From a virus: DNA of 64,000 nt. A program made the translations under genes and the position numbers. Positions 1 to 10,281 of this stretch are shown piece by piece. Location: the IMG/VR virus record IMGVR_UViG_3300041405_000225, positions 15,834 to 79,833 of that record. One strand, given 5' to 3'. Positions within the stretch are counted from its first letter, which is position 1, and every line of letters starts with the position of its first letter. Under the pieces are notes generated by a model that saw only the letters and a list, made by a program, of their open reading frames with translations, was not told the origin of the DNA and did not search any database.

Positions 1-372
1 GAACCGCCCGGATGCGTCCCGGGTGCCAGCTTGGCGCGGCGATGCCGCCAAACGTTCCCCCGCCATTCCTGCACGGTTGCGCGCTCCGCGGGCCTCACCA
101 GCCGCCCGCGAAGAGGATCGCGAAGACGATCGAGCGGCGGCAGGGTCATTGGCGGCGTTGTTGACCATGATCGGCGCTCGGCGGGCGCCAGCAGGTCCAG
201 GCTGCACCGCTGGCCGCCCTTGGCTCAGTTGGCCAAGCCGGCGCGCGATCTCGCTGGTGTTGGCGTCAATGCTGCGCAGCAGCTTCAGTTCTTGTGCGAG
301 CTGTTCAACCTCGTCGGCAATGCTCTCACCGCGCAGGAAGCCCGTGGCCGCGTCATGATCAAGTTGGGCCAT
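1..372 (-). CDS. N-terminus of probable tape measure protein (P1 Sit-like); runs off the window
   Basis: Manual translation from the ATG at 372, open to position 1: MAQLDHDAATGFLRGE...GTRDASGRF. An RDxxGRF motif is common near tape-measure N-termini; directly follows pro. Confidence 0.5.
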   Translation of the reverse strand, partial: MAQLDHDAATGFLRGESIADEVEQLAQELKLLRSIDANTSEIARRLGQLSQGRPAVQPGPAGARRAPIMVNNAANDPAAARSSSRSSSRAAGEARGARNRAGMAGERLAASPRQAGTRDASGRF

Positions 373-375
373 GAC

Positions 376-1290
376 TTAGTGCCCGCGCAGAACAGAGTTG
401 ACCACCGACAGCGTTTTTTTCATGCCGCTGGCCACCGCTGCGATGGCGCCCTTTTCTTCATCATCGTTCACCGGTGGTGCCTCATACCCCGGCAGATCGG
501 AGCGACCCATGAAACGATTAGCGCTATCGAGCATTGCGGTACCGGGATCCATTGGAATCCCGCGTTCCATCACCGCCGGGGCGCTATCGAGCATCGGCGC
601 TGCGATATTGGCTTGGCGCAGCTTCTCCAGCAGGCGCGCGTTCTGCTCGATCAGATCGTCATTGAGTTGGTATTGCTTCAGGAGGTCGGTGCTGACGCTC
701 GCGGCAAAGGCGTCCGACTCCTTGATCATGCTGTCTACAGAGTCCAGCAGTGCCGCGTTGTCGGAAGCGAAGGTGTCCACACCCGAGAAGGCGCCAGCGT
801 CCGCGCTATCGAGCATCACCGCATAGCCGCGGTTGCTGTCATAGTTGGGCGCCCGCACCAGGTCCATACCGAAATAGCCTTTCGGTACGCGCAACCCGCC
901 CTCTTCAGGCGCGAAAATCGCCGAGCTGAAGCCGTAGGCCTTGCTTTCCCACAAGCGCAGCGCCACCCGGCCCGGCGCGGTATCCAAAAACTCTTGCTCG
1001 TGCTCGATGTCGCCCGTTGGCAAGCACTTGATGTAGATCGTGCGCAGCGCCGGCTCAAGCACCACCGGCACCCCGCCTTCAATCACCGTTTCCGGCACGT
1101 CCAGCTTGTATTTCTCGCGGTACTGATGGCCCACATAGCCCACGATGTCGCCTTTCTGGATCGCCTCCTGAAGCGCAGCGCCGTTGAACAAGCGCATGGC
1201 CGCGTCGATATCGATCTTTCGCGCCTGACCGGTGAAGGTGCGCCCGTTGTCGTTCAGGTTGTAGCGGATCACGCCCGTGCGCTTACTCAT
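376..1290 (-). CDS. pro: Head-processing (prohead) protease, P1 Pro-like
   Basis: GYVGH, VPETVIEGGVPVV, HEQEFLDTAPG and PNY motifs match P1 Pro; directly downstream of portal. Confidence 0.85.
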   Translation of the reverse strand: MSKRTGVIRYNLNDNGRTFTGQARKIDIDAAMRLFNGAALQEAIQKGDIVGYVGHQYREKYKLDVPETVIEGGVPVVLEPALRTIYIKCLPTGDIEHEQEFLDTAPGRVALRLWESKAYGFSSAIFAPEEGGLRVPKGYFGMDLVRAPNYDSNRGYAVMLDSADAGAFSGVDTFASDNAALLDSVDSMIKESDAFAASVSTDLLKQYQLNDDLIEQNARLLEKLRQANIAAPMLDSAPAVMERGIPMDPGTAMLDSANRFMGRSDLPGYEAPPVNDDEEKGAIAAVASGMKKTLSVVNSVLRGH

Positions 1291-2921
1291 TGCTGCCCGT
1301 CCTCATCATCGTTGTTGCCACCGCCAGCACCCGGCAGCAAATCCATATCGTTGTCACCGCCACCGCCGAAACCCGGTTGCACTGGTGGCTTGGCGTTGGC
1401 CAGGCCTTTGGCGAATGTTTCCGCCGCTTCGGTATCCATTTCCGCCACCTTGGCCAGCAGGTAACTCACGGTGTCCTGCGGCAGCCCCAGCTCACGCAGC
1501 TGAGCCATGATTTGCACCAGGATCGCGGCCTTGTTCATGGCGCGTTCGGCACTGATTTGCTTTTCAGCCTCCAGTGCGGCGATCGCGCCGTAGAAATTGA
1601 TCGTGTAGGGGCGTTCGGCGTTCGGCCAGCACTTGCCGTACTTGGCCAACATATGGCGATCGATCGTGTCGTTGGCCATGTTGGTGTAGCTGGTGCGCAG
1701 CATCCGGGCGCGCTCGGCACCCATGGCGCTGGTGCGGTTGGAGCCACCATCGCCCAAGCCGCCGGACAGCAGGTCGGCGAAGCCCATCTGTGAAATGTCG
1801 GTACCGAGGGTGCCTGCTAGCTTCTTGGCGTGAAACATCACGTCTTCAACGCCCAGGTTCTGGCCGCTGGCACCGGAAGCAATGCTGCTCACCTGTGTCA
1901 GCTGCTTGTCGTTCCACACTGGCATGATGTTGAAGTTACGGGACGTCGAATAAATGCCCTCGCTGATTTGCTTTTCAGCGCGGGCCTTCATTTCCGTGAG
2001 CATTTTCACGGTGTTCTTGGTGATGCGCTCGCGCTGCTCTTTGGTGGTGTCTGCCAAGTTCATCGACAGCAGCACTTCTTCGATCGAGCTGGCGATACGT
2101 TGCCCGACTAGACCGCGCACGGCGGCATAGAGGTTGTCGAAATCATGCTCAGCGGCTTCCAGCAGAGAACCGCCAACCAGATCCGGCAGCGGCATGACGT
2201 CGCGCAACGACTTGGCTTCCAGATTGATCTTTTGTGCGTTTTCCAGCGCGCGGAACTGGGACACAAACCCCATGCGCGGCATCTTCCACCGGACCATTTC
2301 CAAGGGAGACACGCGACTCTGCATTTTCTCGCCCAGGCTGACCACGTAACCCACCGTGCGCCCCAGCTCTACATAGGGCTGCACGATCGGCGACAGAATG
2401 CTTTCGTGATCAAACGCCACGATGCCTTCCTTGGGCACGACATACAGCTTGGCGTAGGCATCACCGAAGCCGGTGGCGCTCACCCCCATGGAATGGCAGC
2501 TGTCATTGAGCATTTTGACGATCGGCGCCAGCTCTTCGAGCATCTTTTTATCGGCGCTGCTGATCTTCGGCTTGGGCTCAAGAAAGATCGTTTCGCCGGT
2601 TGTCTCGTGGCCACCCAGCGCCATCTGCACGTTGTTGCGCAGGGCGGTGCTGATCATGCCTTCCTGCATCATGAAGTGGTATTTCTGGTACAGCTGCGCC
2701 CTGGAACGAACGGGCTTGTCGCCGTTGCCCAGCAGCATTTCCATGCCGACATAATCAGCATCGAAGGTAGACACCTGCGCCATTCGGTTTTCGGCCTGTG
2801 TGGCGGCTTGAGCAAATGTCATATCAGCGAGCTGGCCGCCCGTGATCAGGTCGACACCCTTGCGGGCACCGTCGGCCAAGCGAGCCATAAGGCCCTTTTT
2901 GTGATCAGTTGAGTTCGCCAT
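1287..2921 (-). CDS. prt: Portal protein, P1 Prt-like
   Basis: GFADLLSGGLGDGG and KYGKCWP..ERPYTINF match P1 Prt motifs; 544 aa. Confidence 0.88.
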   Translation of the reverse strand: MANSTDHKKGLMARLADGARKGVDLITGGQLADMTFAQAATQAENRMAQVSTFDADYVGMEMLLGNGDKPVRSRAQLYQKYHFMMQEGMISTALRNNVQMALGGHETTGETIFLEPKPKISSADKKMLEELAPIVKMLNDSCHSMGVSATGFGDAYAKLYVVPKEGIVAFDHESILSPIVQPYVELGRTVGYVVSLGEKMQSRVSPLEMVRWKMPRMGFVSQFRALENAQKINLEAKSLRDVMPLPDLVGGSLLEAAEHDFDNLYAAVRGLVGQRIASSIEEVLLSMNLADTTKEQRERITKNTVKMLTEMKARAEKQISEGIYSTSRNFNIMPVWNDKQLTQVSSIASGASGQNLGVEDVMFHAKKLAGTLGTDISQMGFADLLSGGLGDGGSNRTSAMGAERARMLRTSYTNMANDTIDRHMLAKYGKCWPNAERPYTINFYGAIAALEAEKQISAERAMNKAAILVQIMAQLRELGLPQDTVSYLLAKVAEMDTEAAETFAKGLANAKPPVQPGFGGGGDNDMDLLPGAGGGNNDDEDGQQ

Positions 2922-2953
2922 TCAGGTACACACAGAGGCTTGAATTAACCTCC

Positions 2954-2995
2954 AGCGTACAGGCGCCCACAAGGGCATCCCGGCGCCGGTTTGCA
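2954..2995 (-). promoter_or_regulatory. Putative late promoter TGCAAA-N30-TACGCT (portal operon)
   Basis: Same motif and exact 30-nt spacing upstream of 7 structural operons. Confidence 0.7.
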
Positions 2996-3004
2996 CCGTT
3001 CTGG

Positions 3005-3514
3005 CTACTCGTTTAGATCCTCGCTCGCTTCCTCATCAGGCCGAGGATTGAGCAGGTATTTGCGGGTATAGGGCGGGATATTCACGTTGCCTGTGACGTC
3101 GACGATCTCAAAGTTGATGATCACGCCTTCCCCCATCAGCACGGCTACCAGCATGCGCTTGCCAGGCTGCACATAGGCTTCGGTACCTGGATCGGCCAGC
3201 GGCTCAATCGACGCTTCAAGCACGCCCTCTGCATAGTCCATGCGGCTGCTGTCGTCGGAGGTGTTGCCCAGGGGCGCGGCATAGCCCTGAGCGAAGTGAA
3301 TCATGGCCTCGCCCACCTCAACCCATTCGTAAGCGGTTTCGTCCTCATCGCTCATGACGCCCAACGGGCCGATGGTTGGGTAACCGTCGGCAGTCTCGTC
3401 GTCGCTGGTGCGGGTGACCTTCTTGTCAAAGAGCACGCAGGGGATAGCGTTGGGCTCGCGCAGGGTGCGCTGACGGTTTGCCCGGTTGATCTGAATGGCC
3501 ACGTTATTGAGCAT
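3005..3514 (-). CDS. Putative head-closure/neck protein (P1 gp7-like)
   Basis: Synteny after gp26 and gp25; weak N-terminal resemblance. Confidence 0.45.
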   Translation of the reverse strand: MLNNVAIQINRANRQRTLREPNAIPCVLFDKKVTRTSDDETADGYPTIGPLGVMSDEDETAYEWVEVGEAMIHFAQGYAAPLGNTSDDSSRMDYAEGVLEASIEPLADPGTEAYVQPGKRMLVAVLMGEGVIINFEIVDVTGNVNIPPYTRKYLLNPRPDEEASEDLNE

Positions 3515-3517
3515 GTC

Positions 3518-4645
3518 TTATCCCTTTACCTTGTTCACGGCGCTGAGCGCGGCGGCAATCTGTTTCTTACTGAAGCCTTGGGCCTTCATCGCAGCCGTAA
3601 GCGCCTGGTGCTGGACGCTGGACGCCTTCCTGTTCACTTTTGCGGCTTGGCTATGGCGCAACTTGTCGTTTGCCGCACGCACCGCGGCGCGATCGGCGGC
3701 GCCGGCCTTGCGGGCTTCCTGCTGGCGTTGGTACGACGGCTGTGCCTGGCGCTGTGTCTTCAGCTCTTCGGACGTCTTGATCACGGTCCCGCGTTTGGCT
3801 TGCTTGCGGGCCTGCTCCATCTGTTCGACGAACGCCTGCTGTTCCTTCACGGTCACTGCCGTGCGTTTGTTGCTGAGGGTGCGCCGCCCGTTTTCGATCA
3901 TGCGCTTGGCGAACAGATTGAACGTCGCGCCCGCGGTGATGGTGGCCATGACGCGGATGACGTGTTTGCAGGCAATCCCCTTCAGGGTGGGGTTACGAAC
4001 GCGGGGGAAACCATCCTCTGGCCGCCCATAGTTGAAGCTGCCAATGCTGGCGATATAGCGGTACCAGAACGTGTGCCGCCCACAGTCGCAATCAAACTTC
4101 AGCTTGCCCGCCAGCATGCGCCGGGCCGCTTCAAGCGTGGTGTTGCCGTCGGCCAGCACCTTGTCGTAGTCCAGAAACTGCACATAGACGTGATGTCGGG
4201 AGACGTCAGACTTTGCACTGGCGTTGGTCGTGATATGCACCACACCGCCCTGGTTGCTGATAGGGATTATCGTGTGGATTTCCCGGCTGGCGCGGGCTCG
4301 ATCATCCGGCGCCGACAGGTTGACCACCTGCTTTGCCAGGATCCCGCCCGGGGCCGCGGTGACAGGTACGTTGCCCTTGCGCTGGCCATGCCGGCGCTGG
4401 ATGTCGTGCACCGCGGCTCGGAACGCAATCAGGTCATCAACGGTGACAGGCCTGAATTCGCCGCCCAAGGTGGTGAATAGCCCGCGCTTCGGGTCATACA
4501 GGCCCGCCATGTCGTCGGCGGACAGAATCGCGCTCTGGTCGCCAATACGCTGCGCCCGGTCGGCTTCGAAAAGCTTTCGGGCTTCCGCACTGGCCTTGTT
4601 CGCCGAAATTACGACCTTGCTCCGTACACCCTTCTTGGCGGCCAT
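3518..4645 (-). CDS. P1 gp25-like morphogenesis protein with SWIM-type Zn motif
   Basis: FDCDCGRHTFWYRY...FPRVRNPTLKGIACKHV closely matches P1 gp25. Confidence 0.8.
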   Translation of the reverse strand: MAAKKGVRSKVVISANKASAEARKLFEADRAQRIGDQSAILSADDMAGLYDPKRGLFTTLGGEFRPVTVDDLIAFRAAVHDIQRRHGQRKGNVPVTAAPGGILAKQVVNLSAPDDRARASREIHTIIPISNQGGVVHITTNASAKSDVSRHHVYVQFLDYDKVLADGNTTLEAARRMLAGKLKFDCDCGRHTFWYRYIASIGSFNYGRPEDGFPRVRNPTLKGIACKHVIRVMATITAGATFNLFAKRMIENGRRTLSNKRTAVTVKEQQAFVEQMEQARKQAKRGTVIKTSEELKTQRQAQPSYQRQQEARKAGAADRAAVRAANDKLRHSQAAKVNRKASSVQHQALTAAMKAQGFSKKQIAAALSAVNKVKG

Positions 4646-4941
4646 CAGCGAACGGACCTCACGGCAGCGACGATGCCTGACTTCTGTTTTAGGTAGGCCA
4701 AGTGCTCTTTGGTTGGCAGAACCACGTCCTGTTCTTCCAGTGGGGAATCAACCGTCGACAGCCCAGCCGCTGCCTGAATGGCCAGCACCTCACTTGTATC
4801 GCCGTACACCCTCAGCGCCATCATTTGCAGGTGATAGCGCTCGCTCGGAAAGCTACGCACCACCTGGCGCCGAGTGGAATACGACGGCTCAGTCAGCGCG
4901 AATTTGCGCACTTCCAGATAAAACCGGACTTCAGGGATCAT
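4645..4941 (-). CDS. Baseplate protein, P1 gp26-like (LysM-like)
   Basis: PSERY...ALRVYG...AAAGL...LPT pattern; adjacent to gp25. Confidence 0.7.
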   Translation of the reverse strand: MIPEVRFYLEVRKFALTEPSYSTRRQVVRSFPSERYHLQMMALRVYGDTSEVLAIQAAAGLSTVDSPLEEQDVVLPTKEHLAYLKQKSGIVAAVRSVR

Positions 4942-4966
4942 CGCTCACCTCTTCAAACACCAGCGG

Positions 4967-5008
4967 ATTATCCCGGCGCCATCAGCCCTCTCTGCGGAGC
5001 GCTTTGCA
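4967..5008 (-). promoter_or_regulatory. Putative late promoter TGCAAA-N30-GATAAT
   Basis: Conserved motif and spacing. Confidence 0.7.
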
Positions 5009-5051
5009 TCCTCCAGACAAAACAAACCCCGCTCATGGCGGGGCACTTTGC

Positions 5052-5327
5052 CTATTCGCTGTCTTGCCACTTTCCCGGTGGCCACGTCTTGTCGGCGTAC
5101 TTCATTGCGGCCTCTTTTGTGCTGAAACGCCGGCGCAAGACCTTATCCGGGTGCCCAACGTCTCTGCGATCGCCGGTAATGTACGGTGCCCACGCCAGCC
5201 AGTAATCCGCCTCGGGCTTATCGTCCCAGCCGTGTGGTTGCGAGGCCCCAGCCCCGTCGGTTCGTGTCCAGCTGCTTGGCCTGAACTCTCGCCACAACGG
5301 CACCGGCCCGGCACTCACGCTCTCCAC
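5052..5327 (-). CDS. Hypothetical protein
   Basis: ORF in operon context, GTG start uncertain, followed by a hairpin. Confidence 0.4.
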   Translation of the reverse strand: MESVSAGPVPLWREFRPSSWTRTDGAGASQPHGWDDKPEADYWLAWAPYITGDRRDVGHPDKVLRRRFSTKEAAMKYADKTWPPGKWQDSE

Positions 5328-5329
5328 GA

Positions 5330-6124
5330 TCAACCCGCCAGCAGAGTGGCACGAGGGTCGCTGGCCAAGCGTTCGCGCTCTTCGTCCAGATACAACAGAC
5401 ACAGGGCCTCAAGTTCGCGGTCCATTCTGTCGCCCGGACGGGTGAGAGCTACGCGCCCCTGGCCGTCGATGCTCGGCGCCATCGCCGTCACCTGACCCGC
5501 CAGCGAGTCAAGGGGCGGGCACTTGATGACTTTGGTGGCTGAAGCCTCTTTGTAGCGCTCAAAGCCCAGCGCGTAGTTGTCCTGATACTGGTCGCGCAGC
5601 GATTCGCACTCCGGTGGCCACTGCACCTTGGCGTCTGCCCATTCCATACTGTTCGGCACGCTACGGGTAAGGCAACGGGCCAGATCGCAGCAGAACGACA
5701 ACACGCTGATCATCACCCGGGGATTGCCCAACGCGGCGGCGTACTCCACCAACCGGATGGCGTAGGCCGAAGCCATTTCGACATTCCCGTTCAACGTGCG
5801 CTCACTCAGCAGAACCGCCCGACGGCGCCCGCCAACACTACGCGGCGCGGCGATGATGAAATGGAAAGCGTGAAACCGGTAGTTGTCGCAAACGACGGCC
5901 AGAAAGTGCTCAAAGGCCTCCCCCTGCTTGATTGGACCAGCGCCAGCAAGCGCCTTGGCCACCAACGCGGGCACGTCGCTCGGCTTCAGCGAGGCGCCTG
6001 CCGGGCGGGCCTTCTTGGGGAAGTAGTCGAAGTTGCGGGTCTGGCCGATCCGTTCAACCTTGCTCAGCTGGCCCGTCGCAAAGAGGAATCCGCGGTTATC
6101 GTCGTCATGCCGGCTGCGCTTCAT
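5330..6124 (-). CDS. Hypothetical protein
   Basis: 264-aa ORF translationally coupled to the LytTR gene. Confidence 0.6.
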   Translation of the reverse strand: MKRSRHDDDNRGFLFATGQLSKVERIGQTRNFDYFPKKARPAGASLKPSDVPALVAKALAGAGPIKQGEAFEHFLAVVCDNYRFHAFHFIIAAPRSVGGRRRAVLLSERTLNGNVEMASAYAIRLVEYAAALGNPRVMISVLSFCCDLARCLTRSVPNSMEWADAKVQWPPECESLRDQYQDNYALGFERYKEASATKVIKCPPLDSLAGQVTAMAPSIDGQGRVALTRPGDRMDRELEALCLLYLDEERERLASDPRATLLAG

Positions 6125-6513
6125 GCTGCCACCGCCGGCACAAACCCGTGCTCTGCAACGTAGGCGCGATATTGCGCATAGAGGGTAGGCCGGCAGGTGC
6201 GGGACACGCCGAACTCACGTCCGCCCACCACGCAGAAATAATCAGGCTTGTTTTTTCGTAGCTCGTTGCGCGACATGACGCGATCGATCGCGCTCACACG
6301 TACCAGACTACTGCGGTGCGCCCGCGTCAAGCTGGTATCCCCGGCCTCGATCTCTTTGATTGAGTGCTTGCCGCACAGCATCCACTCAACGCCATCACGG
6401 TCCAGCGCGTGGACATACTTCTCATCAGCCCAAAAGGCCACGAATACAGACGAATCAACTTTTTCGGCACGTAGTCGGTGGTTCTTCCTGTAGCGGCGCA
6501 ATTCCATGTTCAA
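6121..6513 (-). CDS. Stand-alone LytTR DNA-binding domain protein
   Basis: FWADEKYV, SIKEIE, RAHRSSLV and GVSR motifs typical of LytTR; no receiver domain. Confidence 0.8.
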   Translation of the reverse strand: MNMELRRYRKNHRLRAEKVDSSVFVAFWADEKYVHALDRDGVEWMLCGKHSIKEIEAGDTSLTRAHRSSLVRVSAIDRVMSRNELRKNKPDYFCVVGGREFGVSRTCRPTLYAQYRAYVAEHGFVPAVAA

Positions 6514-6633
6514 ACCCTCAAAACTATCCCCGTACCAGTTTTATCGCTGTTTCACGCGATTAAAGACCAGAAACACGGGGTTTTGCCTCTTGGTCACGTC
6601 GAAATATACACCAATAAACATAAAAATCTATGT

Positions 6634-8184
6634 TTATGCGACGTCGGCAAAAAGGTCGTTGGCTTTGCTCAGGGCCGCTTCAGCGCGCGAAGACTTGGCC
6701 ACCGATGTTTCCTCGGTGCAGGCCACGTAGTTCACGTCTTCCAGGAAGGCCATACAGATGGTGTCGAAGAGGTCAGGCGAGGACAGGCCGTCTGCCGCCA
6801 TGCTCTCTTTGCTGGCGATCTTGTAGCGCCCCAGCTCGTCGAACGAATACGGCAGGCGGGAGCCTTGGTCGATGAGGTCGCGTTTGTACTTGGGCGCCAG
6901 CTTGACCACGTTGTCTTTGATCGCCTCGGTGGCGTGGACAGTGCACTGGGCGCGCTGGTTGATGAATCGCTTGCGGTTTTCGTTGGAGTGCGGACGGGCA
7001 CCCCACTGCACGCCCTGGATGATCATGCTGCCCATCTGCAATTCCTCCAGGCGGCGCATGAACTGGATACCCATGGCGTTGACGTCGATCACGATGGTGA
7101 CGTTCGGGAATTGCATGGCGTAGTCGCGCAGCTTGACCGCCAGCGGTGTCCAGTCCTCGGTAGCGCTGTAGATTGGCACGTCGACCACTTCCACCTTGCG
7201 CCGACGCTCGTTGGCCATCCGGTCGCCCTTACCGCTGACTCGCAGGTGGGTGGCCACCGTCTTGTCTCGCCCTACGCCAGCCGCGACGTCAACCACGATC
7301 ACATGGCCCCACTCTTCACCTGGCAGGATCGGGCTGGACGCCGCAATGGCGCGCTCAAGCATGGCGCCACTCAGCAAGTACTTGCTCAGGTTGGTAGGGA
7401 ACATCCCCTTAACCTTGATCTGGTATTCCGCTTCGTCGGTACCGCCGTATTGCTGGCGCTTCTCCTTGATGAACTTAAGCGAAACAATCGGACTCTCTTC
7501 GGAGTTGAATACCAGGGGCACCCACGGGCCGCCGCGGTAGATCGACTGGCCATGGTGGGTTTCCCAAAAGAAGCCGGTCGATCGCGTGGGCTGACTGGCC
7601 ATGATGAAACGGTTTCGCTCATCGGTCAGAGCGCCACCGATCACACCAAAGTTTTCGTCGGGGATGCCAGACGCCTCATCCGCCAGCCATAGCAGATAGT
7701 CGCCGTGGGTACCGGCCAAGTTCTCAGGGGAGCCGCGCGGGGCGGTACGGGTGGTTACGTACCAGGTGGCGCTATTGCCAACCACGTAGACCTTTTCGGC
7801 CTGGATCACTACATAGTCAGCGATCCACGCATGCGGGCCTTTGCGGATCTCGGCGAGCATGGTGGTGATTTCTTTCCATACGCCCTCTCGCACCGTCTTG
7901 AGTTTCGGTGCGGTCACATAGGTGTTGGAATTCAGGTAGCACAGCAAGTGCCAAAGACAGATAACGCCGAAACTGCGGGTTTTACCAGTACCGTGGCCAG
8001 ACGATACCGATACCCGGCAGCCATAGACTGAGGACTCATTGAACAGGTCTTGTTGTTGCGGTGTGACTTCCATCAAGCACGCTTCAACCGCGAAGGCGTA
8101 CAGGTTGAATGCGTAACGCTCGATGAACGCGGGCCACCTCGGGTCTGCCTCTAGACGCAGACGCTTGGGTTTAGGCTTGGCCAT
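6634..8184 (-). CDS. pacB: Terminase large subunit (P1 PacB-like)
   Basis: Walker A SGHGTGKT, Walker B WLADEASG, SQPTR coupling motif, nuclease DVAAG...D...SPDLFD. Confidence 0.95.
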   Translation of the reverse strand: MAKPKPKRLRLEADPRWPAFIERYAFNLYAFAVEACLMEVTPQQQDLFNESSVYGCRVSVSSGHGTGKTRSFGVICLWHLLCYLNSNTYVTAPKLKTVREGVWKEITTMLAEIRKGPHAWIADYVVIQAEKVYVVGNSATWYVTTRTAPRGSPENLAGTHGDYLLWLADEASGIPDENFGVIGGALTDERNRFIMASQPTRSTGFFWETHHGQSIYRGGPWVPLVFNSEESPIVSLKFIKEKRQQYGGTDEAEYQIKVKGMFPTNLSKYLLSGAMLERAIAASSPILPGEEWGHVIVVDVAAGVGRDKTVATHLRVSGKGDRMANERRRKVEVVDVPIYSATEDWTPLAVKLRDYAMQFPNVTIVIDVNAMGIQFMRRLEELQMGSMIIQGVQWGARPHSNENRKRFINQRAQCTVHATEAIKDNVVKLAPKYKRDLIDQGSRLPYSFDELGRYKIASKESMAADGLSSPDLFDTICMAFLEDVNYVACTEETSVAKSSRAEAALSKANDLFADVA

Positions 8185-8235
8185 ATTATCCTTAAACACA
8201 AAGGGGCCAGTTCCCCGGCCCCTGCCACTCTACGG

Positions 8236-8952
8236 CTACGCCAATCGCACTTTTAGCGACGGTTTGCTGTGTTCCGTACCGTTCAGAACGAACGCTTTCC
8301 AGCTGCTGCCAGACGCCCAGCAGCTCAACGTTGTTTGGGTGTCGCGGAAAAAGCCTTTGAGCCGAAATCGACCGGCGTGCAGCACCATCCCGCCGTTGTT
8401 GCAGTGGGCCAGCCCCCCACGCGCTACTTCAAAGCTCACGGCAGGCATGGCCCCGGCGTCTTCCATCAACCACATGACATCACGCCCACAAAACCCGGCC
8501 ATGTTTTCGGGGGAATGCGCGCTCGCAGCAAAAAAGAGAACGCCGCACCACTGCTCCTGCTGGCGCAGCCTGATGCTTCGGATGGTGATTCGCAGGTGTT
8601 CAACCAACCACGCGTGCTCGCCCGAAATGTTCCTGACCAGCTTGCTGTACTGCTCACAGCAGCGAAGCATGTCGCCAAACGGCACGGCTACGAGGGTCTG
8701 CGCGTCGGGGCGGCACAGCAAGCGCCAGAACGCGATGGGCGCCAGCGGGCTGATCACTCCCCGCTCCATCGCATTTAGGTCTGAGGCGATCGACACGCGG
8801 CAGTCCGGCAGTTGCGCGCTTTCGAAGGCCCGCCCCAGCTGGCTATCCACCTCCATGCCGCACACCTCCCGTGCGAACGCGGCCAGGTCGTTCGCATAAC
8901 GGCGGACAAATGCAGGCCAACGTTCATCCTCTTGGATCAGGCGCGCACTCAT
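8236..8952 (-). CDS. Degenerate paralog of TerL ATPase domain (Walker A lost)
   Basis: Collinear similarity to adjacent TerL: RWPAF..RYA, CRVS, HAW, SPEN.AG, GFF..T; ATGA overlap with upstream gene. Confidence 0.85.
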   Translation of the reverse strand: MSARLIQEDERWPAFVRRYANDLAAFAREVCGMEVDSQLGRAFESAQLPDCRVSIASDLNAMERGVISPLAPIAFWRLLCRPDAQTLVAVPFGDMLRCCEQYSKLVRNISGEHAWLVEHLRITIRSIRLRQQEQWCGVLFFAASAHSPENMAGFCGRDVMWLMEDAGAMPAVSFEVARGGLAHCNNGGMVLHAGRFRLKGFFRDTQTTLSCWASGSSWKAFVLNGTEHSKPSLKVRLA

Positions 8953-9548
8953 GCAGCGCCCTCCGTGGCCAGCTGCGCCGACTCCCGCTCGTGCTCGGCA
9001 ATCAGCAACGCGGCGGCCTTCTCGATCGCGCGCAACCGGGTTTCTGCCTTCATCGGATAGTGCGGCCATGGCCAGAGGGTGGTGGCGTAGTCCGGCACCA
9101 GCACTTGGAGGACATAGCCTGCCGCCGCGCGCAGCAACTCATCATTGCGATAACGCCGATCAAGTTCAGGGTTGTAGCCCTTCACCAGCTTCTGGCGCTG
9201 ACGCTCACTGAGGATTGCGTCCTCGCTGGCGCTGGTCACAGGCATGGCCGGCCACAGCGCCAGCGGTTGCTCCCAGCCTCGGGCGGCCCGCTGTGCCCAT
9301 TGCTCGGGACTCAAGTTGGTGTGTGGCCGCGGTACCGAAATGCCCTGATCCTTGCCACGGTGCCGAGTCAGCCAGGCTGTTGGGGTTTTGGTGCCCTGCT
9401 TGGACTGCGCCAGCGATTCCCATACCTGGAACGTCTTTTGTGTGTGGGCGTTCGCGTACTCGCCCGTTTCATCGTTATAGGCCAGGTCACTGATGCCGGC
9501 GTGACGACAGGACCGCTCGAAATGCTCACGATTGAAGAACAAGGTCAT
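8949..9548 (-). CDS. Phage hypothetical protein (ERxRQ...GYxPExD...WPW...KAAALLIAE domain)
   Basis: Widespread phage domain of unknown function. Confidence 0.65.
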   Translation of the reverse strand: MTLFFNREHFERSCRHAGISDLAYNDETGEYANAHTQKTFQVWESLAQSKQGTKTPTAWLTRHRGKDQGISVPRPHTNLSPEQWAQRAARGWEQPLALWPAMPVTSASEDAILSERQRQKLVKGYNPELDRRYRNDELLRAAAGYVLQVLVPDYATTLWPWPHYPMKAETRLRAIEKAAALLIAEHERESAQLATEGAA

Positions 9549-9820
9549 GGTGCAGTGCGCTCAGTTGAGAAGTTGTATGTGCGTCCAAACAGTTCAAGCA
9601 GCCCAGTCAGTGGCGGTGGAAATTTGTGGTTAATGGCGATGCGCGGAATGTCATCGCCCGCACCGCGGACACCTTCGAAGTGCCAACGATCGGCGGGGAG
9701 CTGTGCGCGCTCGGCGTGCTCGATGTCGCCAGCCTCATTGCGCAGCCACAGGTCATCCCCCAGCTCCAGGTACACGGTCAGCGTCTCGCCGGTCAGGCGA
9801 TTGGTGATGGTTTGACTCAT
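9545..9820 (-). CDS. Hypothetical protein
   Basis: 4-nt overlaps with neighbours. Confidence 0.6.
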   Translation of the reverse strand: MSQTITNRLTGETLTVYLELGDDLWLRNEAGDIEHAERAQLPADRWHFEGVRGAGDDIPRIAINHKFPPPLTGLLELFGRTYNFSTERTAP

Positions 9821-10278
9821 GGCTTCGGCCCGGCCTTGCCGTTGATCTCGATCGGCTTGGCGAACGCCTTGGTGAATCGGAACTCTTCCATCAGCTGGCT
9901 TCCATCCGCCAGCAGGGCCTGCGCCAACGTGGCCGCCGGGACACTGCGCCCCTCGGCCACATAAGCAGCCAGACAGCGCACCAACCGCTGCGCGGCATAG
10001 GTGCCATTGAATCCAGGCAGCAGGCGAGCACGCCCAACCACCGGCGATTCCAAGTCCACAGCGCGGGCTTCAGCGAAAGGCGGGGAGAAGTAGAAGCCAC
10101 CCAAACGCTTTGGCTCCAGGCTGGCCACCAAATCACCGCGCCCAAAAGTGCGCAGGCCTGAAGCTGCCAGGGATTTGATAATCAGGTTCACGGTATCCAG
10201 CCGGTAGCGCTGGCGCTCGCTCAGCATGACGCCAGCAGGCGCCGCGGGTGGTGCGATAGATAAAGCCTGCATGTACAT
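9817..10278 (-). CDS. Hypothetical protein
   Basis: Operon context. Confidence 0.55.
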   Translation of the reverse strand: MYMQALSIAPPAAPAGVMLSERQRYRLDTVNLIIKSLAASGLRTFGRGDLVASLEPKRLGGFYFSPPFAEARAVDLESPVVGRARLLPGFNGTYAAQRLVRCLAAYVAEGRSVPAATLAQALLADGSQLMEEFRFTKAFAKPIEINGKAGPKP

Positions 10279-10281
10279 CCC

